Shown here: positions 1 through 8,996 of the stretch, piece after piece
Position numbering within the stretch: the stretch's first letter is position 1
Layout of the letters: every line of letters begins with the position of its first letter
Source of the DNA: Candidatus Poseidoniaceae archaeon
Lineage (GTDB): Archaea > Thermoplasmatota > Poseidoniia > Poseidoniales > Poseidoniaceae
Assembly: GCA_938030705.1 (NCBI GenBank)
Contig: CALHIR010000002.1
Span: 2,515 to 66,514 of the forward strand
Direction of reading: 5' to 3'
DNA length: 64,000 nt
Notes under the pieces: generated by a model
The model's input: only the letters and a program-made list of their open reading frames with translations
What the model was told of the DNA's origin: nothing
Databases searched by the model: none
Made by a program: the position numbers and the translations under genes

Positions 1-2
1 AC

Positions 3-3000
3 GTCGCCACCTCTTCGAGCTCGAGCACCGGAAGCGGGATGACCCTGGATATCACCACTTCAGCCGGCGTGGTCACCAGCGTAAGCATCAACAAAGCAGG
101 TTCGGGATACGCTAACGGCGATGTCCTTACCATCACGGGCGGTGCATCCGATGCGGAAGTCTCCGTTTCAGGAATCTCCAGCGTGAACTTTGAAGTCCCC
201 GGAGCAGACGGCGACCTTGACGGGTCGATCGATTGTGAAATCGACTATGATTACGACCTCGATGACGACCTTCGCCGACCGTTTGACCAGAATTACAACG
301 GCATCTACGACTGGCTTGATACCGATATGGGTGGAACGACATCGCCTGACAATCTCGGAAACTTCGCTGTTGGCGGTGCTGACCTCCCCTATGACTTGGA
401 CAACGATAATATCGAGAACGAGAACGACTCCTTCCCGCTCGACACCGCTGCTGATGTGTCTGCTTGGAACTGTCCCACGCAAGCCAATCCAAACCCCACC
501 AGCCCCGACCCTCGCTGTCAAACACGCCGCGCCTCCTTCTCTCAATTCAATGACTGGGACGGCGACGGTATCAGCAACTGGGATGACGTTGACGATGATA
601 ACGACGGCATCATCGACGTACTGGACATTGACTGGGACTGCGACCTCGACAATGACAACGATCTCCACCAGATTAACGGTGGCCTGTACCGAGACGACGG
701 GCCAAACGACGTCGATTCCGATGTCGATGGTGACGGGCTCGAGAACAGCATTGACTGGGACGACGATAACGACGGTATTTCCGACCTTTACGACCCCGAT
801 GACGGAAACTGCGGTATTGTGGATTACGATGCAACCGATGACTTTGCTACACCTTACTACCCCGTGAACGACGGTGGGGCCCTTGACGGGTCGGGAGACA
901 GCCAACTCTACGGCACCAACGCCACCGACCACTGGAGCATGGTGTTCCAACACTACCCGTTCGCTGACGTGGTCCTCAACTACAACGGCTACGATGCTAC
1001 CACCAACCCGGTCACGCCCGGCGTTGTCCCAGAATTCTATTGGTTCCTCTTCGCCCGTTGGTCACCGTATAACGGCGGCAACGATTGGGATATTGATTCG
1101 GACGGTGACTCGCTCATCAACGGCTTGGACGTTGACCAAGACGCCGACGGCATGCCCGATTGGTGGGACCAGGACGAGGGTAACGACGGTATTCTCGATG
1201 TTCACGACATCAAGATGGGCGGGACTTACAACCTCTCTGTTTGCGGATGGACTGCTGGAAATCTCGGGCAAGGCTTTGTTTGTGGCTACTCGTACGCACT
1301 TGCCTACAAGATGCCACTCAACGGTGTGAACGCCCAGTTCGGCGCCCCTTACTCGACCCGACCCGACGCTGCCTTTGACCAAGGCGCAACCGCCGGCGGC
1401 CCATCGGGGAACTGGAGTTGTACGCCCGTTGAAGGCATTGGGTGCTGGCACTACGACTTCGGTGGCGACGGCACCATCGATTCAGCTGTAACTTACAATC
1501 AGATGACCGACAACCGAGACGCTTACATCACGTGGGTTGGTTTGGCAACAGGTATCTGGCAGTGGAACAGCGATAACGGTCCGGAAGCCGATTTCCCCGA
1601 TGAATTGGGGGCTGACCTTCTCAAGAACGACGTTGACGGCGATATTGACGGCGATTTCACCAACTCAACCATCGATTTGGACGACGACTACGATTCCATC
1701 TTTGATTGGTTTGACGTGGATGACGATAACGACGGCGTCTGGGACTTCTTTGAAGTGGACAGTAACTTCGATCTTGACGACGATACCGGTCAGAACAACG
1801 GGAATTTCTTCACTGGAAACAACTGCGATGATAACGACGACGACGGAAACGACGCCGACGCCGACGATGACGGCTTTTACCAGGCTGTTTGGGACCGCGG
1901 CATCATGTCGCAAGGTCTCCGCCAACCAACGCTGTACGACGTTGACAACGATAACGACGCCATCCCCGATGGTGAAGACCCCGATGACGACAACGACGGC
2001 CGCTTGGACGTTGACCAAGAACAACTGCCCGGTTGTTTCTGGGGCGAAGAACAGTCCACGTGGGATTACGACAACGACGGCATTGTAAACTGGGCTGACG
2101 ATGACTGGGACGGCGATGGTTTGACCAACGCCGTTGAACTCCTCGAGAGCATCACCGCAGCGTTTGACCACGATAACGACGGCGTTCGAGACGACCTGGA
2201 CGAGGATGACGATGAAGACGGCATGCACGATGAAGACGAAGTCTTGCTCTGGCCGACTCGCTTTGACCGAAATTCCACCAACCCATGGGACCACGATGAC
2301 TTCGGAGACGGCGAAGGACTTGCCAACCCGCTTGATACATCGACAGGACCGGACGCGATTGACAACGACGACGATAACGACACCCGCAACGATCTGGACT
2401 TTGACCACACCGAAGACGCTGAATTGACTTCGGATTGGGACCATGACAACGACGGTATTTTGGATGCAGACGACAAGGCGCCGACCTACATTACGCTGAA
2501 TCTACCTGACAATCTTTGGCTTGACGCACAAACGCCAGCCATTTTCTCCGGCCATGTGGATTGGTTGAATCCCATCACCGGCGTGGTTGAATCTGCTCCA
2601 CAACTCCCTGTGCAAGTGCACATCGAATGGACCGCCAACAACACCACGGCCATCGAAACCATCGACGTGCTGACCACTGCTGGCGGAAACTTCAGCGTGG
2701 GTCAATTCCTCTTCCCCGAAGATTTGACCGTGGGTGATAACACAACCTACCGTGTGTATGCAGAAGTGACGGAGATGTTCCTGTTCAACGGTAATCAATC
2801 ACAGTCGTACTATGTGGGCGCTGAAGCGAACATGACCGTTGATTATTCGGCTTGGACCTACTTCCGCAGCGATGAACAACCGTTCTGGCTTGACTTCAAG
2901 GCCCACTATGAGGCTGATTGGGACCGAGGGCTATTCGATAATCGAATCAGGAATTCGCCGATCACCTTCTCCATCTTCGGTGGCTTGTTTGGAAACCTAA

Positions 3001-6000
3001 CCGCCCCCACCAATTTCACCGGGTTGGGCAACAACGGTTACCGAACCGACGCTTCCGGATGGGCCTCTCTGACCTTTGTCCAGGACTTGGGTATTGCAGG
3101 TACGTGGAAGCAAGTTCAGTGGAATTCGACCGCCGATAACGGCGTCGGCCAAATCCCCGGCGGATACGAAGAAATCGCTTGGAACGACTTGACCAAGCAA
3201 CACGACGTGGTGCTCGACACCAACGGCGACCCGTTGCGGTACAACTACACCAACACAAGCCTCCCCGCAGGGGATATCGAAATCATCGCCCGCGTCTCAC
3301 CAGAACTGGCCTCCGAGTGGCCGTTCCCCTACCTGCATGGCGATGAGGCAGAACCTTTCTCTGTCCGCATCATGCACCGAATGAACATTGAGGGAACGCT
3401 GATTCTTGATGGCCTGAGTCCGATTTACTACTACGACTCCACCGTGAACAACGGCGACGGTACCTTTGGAGATTGGTCGACACTGTTCCACCAGCCTGCT
3501 TTGACCAACGCCGGCGTTAACTACAACGACGTGTCAGCTTTCAAACCGTATCCAAAGTCTTGGGACGGTACGCCCGAAGGCTTGACCGGTCAAGCCGCAG
3601 CCCTCCGGCCGTTCCTTTCCGGAAACGGCACCCACTGGTTCATCGATTTGGTGAACGGCGGTGATAGCAACTTGCCGCCTTGTGGGCCGGTCGACCGAAC
3701 GGATCCGAACAGCCCCGTTCGCTGTGAGATTGTTCCAGAGATGAATACGGGTGAATCTCTTCAGGTCATTGGAAAGGTCACCAACCGTACCGACGACCCG
3801 TGGGACCAAGATCCGATTGCGCTCCAGGTCGACGTCGATAAGAACGGTCAGTTCCTCGGCGCTGGTGAAACGGCTTACACACAACGCCCCATCATGAAGG
3901 ACGGCGATGCAACCTACGATTATAACTGGTCTTGGTTCAGCCAATACAGCGCTGGAACCTACGGTCTCCGTGTTGATTTCACCAACTCCGCCTACTACTT
4001 CACCGGAAACACGTCAACCTTGGCTCCAACAGGCGCATACATCAACGTCACCGTGGTCGGTACCACCGACTTCCAGACGACCTCGTTGCCCCGCCTTTAT
4101 CGGAACACCAACACCACCATTCAGGCCAAGTTGGTGGACAACTCGCTCCAACCGGTTCGAAACGCTCCAGTCAACTACACCTGGTCCTTCGATGGCCGCA
4201 CCGGCGTGAACTTCACGGACAACAACGGCTTCTTCGAAATACCGTTCAACGTCTCTGCTAGCGATGCTCTCGGCAACTTCACGTTGCAGTTTGAGTACTC
4301 CGGAACGTCCTTGCTCAAAGGGACAACCAAGTCTCAATCGGTTTGGGTCGTGTCTCGAACTTACATGCAGGTGATCTCGACCGAAGACAACCTGCGGCGT
4401 TCTGGCGATAAATGGGATTTCACAGCTCAAGTGGCCGACGATAACAAGACGAGCATTCGAGATTCGGGTGGAACCGCCCTTTCAGGAGCCGAAACGCCGT
4501 ACGGCGGACTGGTTGACGTGATTTTCGAAGGTTCTGACTTCCAAGGCACACTCCACCGCCAAGTCGTCGCCACGTTGGCGCCGAACGCTGGTGTGATCTC
4601 CTTACCCGAAGTTGAGCCGGACGGTTCTCACCTCTGTTTCTATGACGGGAACGGCGACAACATCCCCGACCGCGACCTCGACGGCGATGGTTTGGAAGTG
4701 GAAGAGACGATTGGCTGTTTGAAGTCCAACATCTCTCCACTTAATCCGGGCTTGTTGCGAGCAGACCCCGAGTCGTTCTTGCCCGATGGCTTTGGCCCTG
4801 TGAACGTGATTTTGCGCTTCCAGGAGACGCTGCCAAACGAAGGCTGTCAGCCGCTTGACGTCAGCTACCTTGGCATTCAGGGCGCATGGGACCCGTGCAC
4901 CCAAGTGCCGGGTAACGACCACTTCCGACTGACGATGACGAACAACGCCAACGGCTTCAACCTCATTGGACGAACCGTGATGACGGTCGACGACCAAATC
5001 GTCTACACCAGTGAAATCGACCCGCTTACGGGTGAAGTGGTGCCCAAGCCGATGATCGTAACCGGCCAACTCAGCGATGAACTGGGTGTGAACCTGACCG
5101 ACCGAAACATCCGTGTCAACTACGAGATGGTGAACGGTCAAACCGGTCCTGTTGCTTGTCAGTCCGGCACCACCAACGCTGACGGTTTCTTTTCCATCAC
5201 CTGTCCACTTTCGGACGTTATGGCCGGTAAGGCCAAGGTGACGGTTTCGTACTCGGCCTACGACAACAACGACGCTTACCGATACGAGAACAAAACGGTT
5301 CAAACCGAGTTTGACGTCTTCTCCAACTCGACGTTGCAGATTACCGAAGTGGGGCCGTTTAAGTCCAGCGTTGACCAGTGGGTTGCTCCAAACGGTTCCC
5401 GCTACCCCGTGTTGTACCTGAAGGAATCATTCCACATCGACGCCTTCCTTGCACAATCCAACGGTCAAGCCGTCGGTGGAAAGTGTCTCAACCTCTACCT
5501 TGACCCCGACGAGAACGTTCGTCCTCTCGCCACGGTTCGCACCAGCGATATCGACGGAAGCGTGGAGTGGTTCAGCGGCGACCCGTTGCAAAATCCAACC
5601 CTGCGAGGCGTGGAAACCACCGGTGGAAAACTGGAAGGTTTCCGCACCCTCCGCGTGGCGTTCGAACCTGACCGAAACATCCCAGGTGGGTGTGACAAGG
5701 ACAGCAGCAATGCCCTGAACGGGTCCGCCATGGACATCGAAGTGCTCGTTCGTTCCCGCGTCGACCTTCAGGTCAAGCAAACGTGGAGTAACTCCGGCGC
5801 AAACGGCGCACACGAGGGGAAAATCATCACGGGACAAATCGCTCTCTTGCGAGATCGTCTTGACCTCGCTGTTGAGAACGAAGAAGTCATCTTCTCCTAC
5901 GAGTTCTTTGATGACGAGACCGGCGAATGGGTTGTCTCAGACCTGAACAACAAGACCAAAACCAACGAGCAAGGTATTGCGTCCTTTGAGTGGAAATTCG

Positions 6001-6713
6001 TTGGACAAAATTGCGACGGTAATCCGTGTTCGGGTCTCTGGCGCATCACGGCCTTCTATCCCGGCTCGACGTACTTCGCACCTTCACAGGACAATATTTC
6101 GCACGAAATCTCGTACAAGAAAGCCGAAGCCTTGGGCGATGCCGGTGGCTTGTTCAGCCCGAGCAACCTCATTGGATTCGCTGTTGTATTGATGGCTCTG
6201 CTCATTGCAGGGGCGATTTACTACCAGCGTGTTCAGCAGCAACGGCAGGTCCAAGCGCTCCGTGGTATCCTGACCGACGCCATGATGCAACTCGAAGCCA
6301 GCAACGAATACATCGCTGCTATCTTCGACTGCTACAAGAGTCTCGTGAAGCACTTCAAGAAATACGGCTTCATGAAGAAGGTCTACGAAACGGCACGTGA
6401 GTTTGAAGCGGCTGTTCGCTCGGCGTTCAACATGGTGCCTGCCGACCAACTGGATGACTTCCTGTCCATCTTTGAAGAAGCCCGCTATTCCGAGCACACC
6501 ATCGATGCAACCCATCGAGACCGTGCTCTGCAAACGCTTGGAGCCATCACCAATTCGTTGACGATGGCCCTTGGCGAGGAGTCCGTGGTGAAGCGCGTGG
6601 ACGTTGACAGCATCTACGACAACCTGACCAAGGCCGGAGAATTCGTCGCCGCAGACGGAACCGTCCGCCAGGCCGGTATCGTTGAAGGCGAGAGCACGGA
6701 CTTCAAGATTTGA
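3..6713 (+). CDS. Giant cell-surface protein with thrombospondin type-3-like Ca-binding Asp repeats; 5'-partial (reading frame open to the window edge); single C-terminal TM helix plus ~170-aa cytoplasmic tail
   Basis: 2224-aa ORF from ATG 39 with no in-frame stop back to nt 3. Dozens of DxDxDGxxDxxD / DDDNDG motifs are repeated at the DNA level (gatgacgataacgacggc...). The TM segment LIGFAVVLMALLIAGAIYY lies near the C-terminus. Confidence 0.8.
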   Translation, partial: VATSSSSSTGSGMTLDITTSAGVVTSVSINKAGSGYANGDVLTITGGASDAEVSVSGISSVNFEVPGADGDLDGSIDCEIDYDYDLDDDLRRPFDQNYNGIYDWLDTDMGGTTSPDNLGNFAVGGADLPYDLDNDNIENENDSFPLDTAADVSAWNCPTQANPNPTSPDPRCQTRRASFSQFNDWDGDGISNWDDVDDDNDGIIDVLDIDWDCDLDNDNDLHQINGGLYRDDGPNDVDSDVDGDGLENSIDWDDDNDGISDLYDPDDGNCGIVDYDATDDFATPYYPVNDGGALDGSGDSQLYGTNATDHWSMVFQHYPFADVVLNYNGYDATTNPVTPGVVPEFYWFLFARWSPYNGGNDWDIDSDGDSLINGLDVDQDADGMPDWWDQDEGNDGILDVHDIKMGGTYNLSVCGWTAGNLGQGFVCGYSYALAYKMPLNGVNAQFGAPYSTRPDAAFDQGATAGGPSGNWSCTPVEGIGCWHYDFGGDGTIDSAVTYNQMTDNRDAYITWVGLATGIWQWNSDNGPEADFPDELGADLLKNDVDGDIDGDFTNSTIDLDDDYDSIFDWFDVDDDNDGVWDFFEVDSNFDLDDDTGQNNGNFFTGNNCDDNDDDGNDADADDDGFYQAVWDRGIMSQGLRQPTLYDVDNDNDAIPDGEDPDDDNDGRLDVDQEQLPGCFWGEEQSTWDYDNDGIVNWADDDWDGDGLTNAVELLESITAAFDHDNDGVRDDLDEDDDEDGMHDEDEVLLWPTRFDRNSTNPWDHDDFGDGEGLANPLDTSTGPDAIDNDDDNDTRNDLDFDHTEDAELTSDWDHDNDGILDADDKAPTYITLNLPDNLWLDAQTPAIFSGHVDWLNPITGVVESAPQLPVQVHIEWTANNTTAIETIDVLTTAGGNFSVGQFLFPEDLTVGDNTTYRVYAEVTEMFLFNGNQSQSYYVGAEANMTVDYSAWTYFRSDEQPFWLDFKAHYEADWDRGLFDNRIRNSPITFSIFGGLFGNLTAPTNFTGLGNNGYRTDASGWASLTFVQDLGIAGTWKQVQWNSTADNGVGQIPGGYEEIAWNDLTKQHDVVLDTNGDPLRYNYTNTSLPAGDIEIIARVSPELASEWPFPYLHGDEAEPFSVRIMHRMNIEGTLILDGLSPIYYYDSTVNNGDGTFGDWSTLFHQPALTNAGVNYNDVSAFKPYPKSWDGTPEGLTGQAAALRPFLSGNGTHWFIDLVNGGDSNLPPCGPVDRTDPNSPVRCEIVPEMNTGESLQVIGKVTNRTDDPWDQDPIALQVDVDKNGQFLGAGETAYTQRPIMKDGDATYDYNWSWFSQYSAGTYGLRVDFTNSAYYFTGNTSTLAPTGAYINVTVVGTTDFQTTSLPRLYRNTNTTIQAKLVDNSLQPVRNAPVNYTWSFDGRTGVNFTDNNGFFEIPFNVSASDALGNFTLQFEYSGTSLLKGTTKSQSVWVVSRTYMQVISTEDNLRRSGDKWDFTAQVADDNKTSIRDSGGTALSGAETPYGGLVDVIFEGSDFQGTLHRQVVATLAPNAGVISLPEVEPDGSHLCFYDGNGDNIPDRDLDGDGLEVEETIGCLKSNISPLNPGLLRADPESFLPDGFGPVNVILRFQETLPNEGCQPLDVSYLGIQGAWDPCTQVPGNDHFRLTMTNNANGFNLIGRTVMTVDDQIVYTSEIDPLTGEVVPKPMIVTGQLSDELGVNLTDRNIRVNYEMVNGQTGPVACQSGTTNADGFFSITCPLSDVMAGKAKVTVSYSAYDNNDAYRYENKTVQTEFDVFSNSTLQITEVGPFKSSVDQWVAPNGSRYPVLYLKESFHIDAFLAQSNGQAVGGKCLNLYLDPDENVRPLATVRTSDIDGSVEWFSGDPLQNPTLRGVETTGGKLEGFRTLRVAFEPDRNIPGGCDKDSSNALNGSAMDIEVLVRSRVDLQVKQTWSNSGANGAHEGKIITGQIALLRDRLDLAVENEEVIFSYEFFDDETGEWVVSDLNNKTKTNEQGIASFEWKFVGQNCDGNPCSGLWRITAFYPGSTYFAPSQDNISHEISYKKAEALGDAGGLFSPSNLIGFAVVLMALLIAGAIYYQRVQQQRQVQALRGILTDAMMQLEASNEYIAAIFDCYKSLVKHFKKYGFMKKVYETAREFEAAVRSAFNMVPADQLDDFLSIFEEARYSEHTIDATHRDRALQTLGAITNSLTMALGEESVVKRVDVDSIYDNLTKAGEFVAADGTVRQAGIVEGESTDFKI

Positions 6714-6727
6714 AGCTCCCCCGATGA

Positions 6728-7249
6728 ATGGCTGAGGTAATCCCAGCGAAAGCAAGACCCGCTGAGGCCTTAACCTTCAAAGGCTGGAGGCCTTTGTGTA
6801 GGTTCATGGACGACTGGAAGGCGCTCATTGACCAAGCCATGCAAATCGAAACGACCGACACCATCGGAGCCCACGGTATGTACGAACAGGCCGTTCGTGC
6901 CGCCCTTGCTCAATCCCAGATGCTGCTGGGCGATTTGGAAGCAGCCCAAATCATCGAGTCCATTTACGGTGCTCTGGTGGCCTATTCCCAAACCGTCATG
7001 CTCCGTATGAAGGCAGAAGACCCCGAAGTTGGAAGCGCCGATCATGCGTTCCGTGCAGGCCAAGCCTACGGTGTGAGTTGTATCCTAAACCACCTTATCG
7101 ACCGTTTGACGGACGTCGCGGGCATCACCGCTTTGGGAGCCCTTGACGACTTTTCCGATACCCTTCACGACGAGATCATCGTCCAAGCCCGAGCGGCCGG
7201 CTTGGTGGTCGAACTGCTTGACGCCAAGGGCGAAATCCTTCTCGATTGA
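6728..7249 (+). CDS. Hypothetical protein (173 aa) immediately upstream of rpl18e
   Basis: Clean ORF, co-directional and tightly spaced with the r-protein genes. No recognisable motif. Occupies the slot where rpoD normally sits in the archaeal operon. Confidence 0.45.
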   Translation: MAEVIPAKARPAEALTFKGWRPLCRFMDDWKALIDQAMQIETTDTIGAHGMYEQAVRAALAQSQMLLGDLEAAQIIESIYGALVAYSQTVMLRMKAEDPEVGSADHAFRAGQAYGVSCILNHLIDRLTDVAGITALGALDDFSDTLHDEIIVQARAAGLVVELLDAKGEILLD

Positions 7250-7366
7250 GTTGAGAAGAGCACGGGAAACCGTGGCGCTCCGGCGCGATGAAGGTCTCAC
7301 TCGCGTCGGTGCCTTCATAACGGGATGGACGGTCGGCAGGTTGCTTCATAGCATCGAGGGAGTCAA

Positions 7367-7732
7367 ATGAGCAACCCAGAACGTAAGACAAACGCCCAGT
7401 TGGTTGATACCATCAACCAACTGAAAGCCCAGTCTCGCGACACCGGAGCTGCAGTTTGGCGAGATGTGGCTTTGCGCCTCTCCAAGAGTCGCAAAAATTG
7501 GGCCCAACCCAACCTGAGCCGTGTGAGCCGCTACGCCCCCGAGGGTGCCACCATCCTCGTTCCAGGCAAGCTGCTCGGCTCTGGTGAGTTGACCAACGGT
7601 CACACCATCGCCGCCTACAGCGTCAGCAACGGTGCCCGTGAGAAGATAGAAGCCGCTGGAGGTCGAATCATGACCTACGGCGAGCTGATGAACGAAAACC
7701 CAAACGGAAAGGGGGTTGTTATCCTTGGCTGA
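7367..7732 (+). CDS. rpl18e: 50S ribosomal protein L18e
   Basis: 121 aa with the VPGKLLGSGEL...IAAYSVSNGAREKIEAAGG pattern typical of L18e. Confidence 0.85.
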   Translation: MSNPERKTNAQLVDTINQLKAQSRDTGAAVWRDVALRLSKSRKNWAQPNLSRVSRYAPEGATILVPGKLLGSGELTNGHTIAAYSVSNGAREKIEAAGGRIMTYGELMNENPNGKGVVILG

Positions 7733-8213
7733 TACAACCACCTACGTGTTTGACGCCGATGGCCTGATATTGGGCCGTCTCGCTTCTGCATCAGCCGACA
7801 TTCTGCTGAAGGCAGCGAGGGACGACCGCGATGACAAGGTCATCATCATCAACGCAGAGAAAGCCATCATTTCCGGTCGCCCACGAGCCGTTCTCGACAA
7901 CTATCACAAGAAGTACGAGTTGAACCACGCCCGCAAGGGACCGTTCTTCCCACGTATGCCCGACATGATCCTCAAGCGAGCCGTTCGTGGCATGCTGCCC
8001 TACCAAAAGAAGAGCAGTGGCCGACGAGCCCTCCGAAACCTTCGTGTTGAAATCGGTTGCCCAAGCCATCTTTCAGGTGATCTGCCTGAAGGCCATGAGC
8101 GAGGCGACGACAGCAAATTCCGCCGAGACTTGCCTGACCGCTACATCCGTTTGGGTGATGTCAGCGCAGACTTGGGAGCGCCTGCTCACCGATGGACGGG
8201 AGGTGACCAGTGA
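7716..8213 (+). CDS. rpl13: 50S ribosomal protein L13
   Basis: DADGLILGRLASASA...IINAEKAIISG...RAVRGMLP matches L13 conserved blocks. Overlaps the rpl18e end by 17 nt. Confidence 0.85.
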   Translation: MLSLADTTTYVFDADGLILGRLASASADILLKAARDDRDDKVIIINAEKAIISGRPRAVLDNYHKKYELNHARKGPFFPRMPDMILKRAVRGMLPYQKKSSGRRALRNLRVEIGCPSHLSGDLPEGHERGDDSKFRRDLPDRYIRLGDVSADLGAPAHRWTGGDQ

Positions 8214-8644
8214 TGGCACGCAAGAAGAAATCAGTTGAATCCTCTGGAAAGCGAAAGACCGCCGTTGCCCGTGCAAGCGTAAAAGCTGGCAAGGGGCGCG
8301 TTCGTGTTAACTCCGAGCCCATTGAAATCATGCAGCCCTCTCTGGCCCGCCGAAAGTCAATGGAACCCTTGGTCATCGCCGACGCCATGAACCGATTGGC
8401 CAAAGTTGACATCTCCATCACCACCACCGGTGGCGGCATCATGGGTCAAACTGATGCCATTCGAACCGCTATTGCGCGTGGACTTGTTCACTACAACGGC
8501 GGCGCAGAAGGCGTTGACGAAGAACTCCGAGACGAATTCCTGCGCTTTGACCGCAGCCTTCTGGTCAACGACCCGCGCCGAAAAGAGCCAAAGCATCAAC
8601 TTGGTCGCGGTGCTCGCCGAAAGAAGCAGAAGTCCTATCGATGA
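8210..8644 (+). CDS. rps9: 30S ribosomal protein S9
   Basis: Ends in GARRKKQKSYR with internal GGGIMGQTDAIRTAIARGL, typical of S9. Coupled to rpl13 through an ATGA overlap. Confidence 0.85.
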   Translation: MMARKKKSVESSGKRKTAVARASVKAGKGRVRVNSEPIEIMQPSLARRKSMEPLVIADAMNRLAKVDISITTTGGGIMGQTDAIRTAIARGLVHYNGGAEGVDEELRDEFLRFDRSLLVNDPRRKEPKHQLGRGARRKKQKSYR

Positions 8645-8650
8645 GGTGAG

Positions 8651-8857
8651 ATGATGATTATTCCAGTACGATGTTTCAGTTGTGGCGGTGTTGTCGCCCA
8701 CAAGTGGGAAGAATTCAAGCAATTGCTGGCGGACGGTAAAACCGATGCTGAAGCCCTCAATGAAGTGGGCCTGAAGCGTTATTGTTGCCGACGTATGTAT
8801 GTTGGACACCTCGATCTCATTGAAGAGGTCGCACCGTTCAGCGCTGCACGCAACTGA
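8651..8857 (+). CDS. rpoN: DNA-directed RNA polymerase subunit N (Rpb10 homologue)
   Basis: 68 aa; [12 protein letters not shown]...YCCRRM is the RpoN zinc-binding signature. Confidence 0.85.
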   Translation: MMIIPVRCFSCGGVVAHKWEEFKQLLADGKTDAEALNEVGLKRYCCRRMYVGHLDLIEEVAPFSAARN

Positions 8858-8867
8858 GGATTTCCTC

Positions 8868-8945
8868 GGGCCCGTGGGTTAGCTTGGCCTATACTTGGCG
8901 GCTGGGGGCCGTCAGACCCCGGTTCAAATCCGGGCGGGCCCACCA
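8868..8945 (+). tRNA. tRNA-Pro (anticodon GGG), CCA encoded
   Basis: Acceptor stem GGGCCCG/CGGGCCC. T-arm CCCGG-TTCAAAT-CCGGG. Anticodon stem GGCGG/CCGUC with loop CU-GGG-GG. Genomically encoded ACCA 3' end. Confidence 0.8.
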
Positions 8946-8996
8946 CTTTACCTGCGTTGAGTGAATACTTTGAAGACGCGTAGCCTTGGGATTGAT

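Noticed and set aside
168-2444. Long minus-strand ORFs (168-953, 1665-2444 and others) inside the giant TSP3 gene
   Set aside because: These are shadow ORFs typical of GC-rich DNA. They translate to R/G/V-rich low-complexity sequence, while the + frame carries clear Ca-binding repeat motifs.
240-2470. Highly repetitive gatgacgataacgacggc-type DNA repeats, checked as a possible CRISPR array
   Set aside because: The repeats are in-frame codons for DDDNDG motifs, irregularly spaced and degenerate, with no unique spacers. They are protein-coding tandem repeats, not CRISPR.
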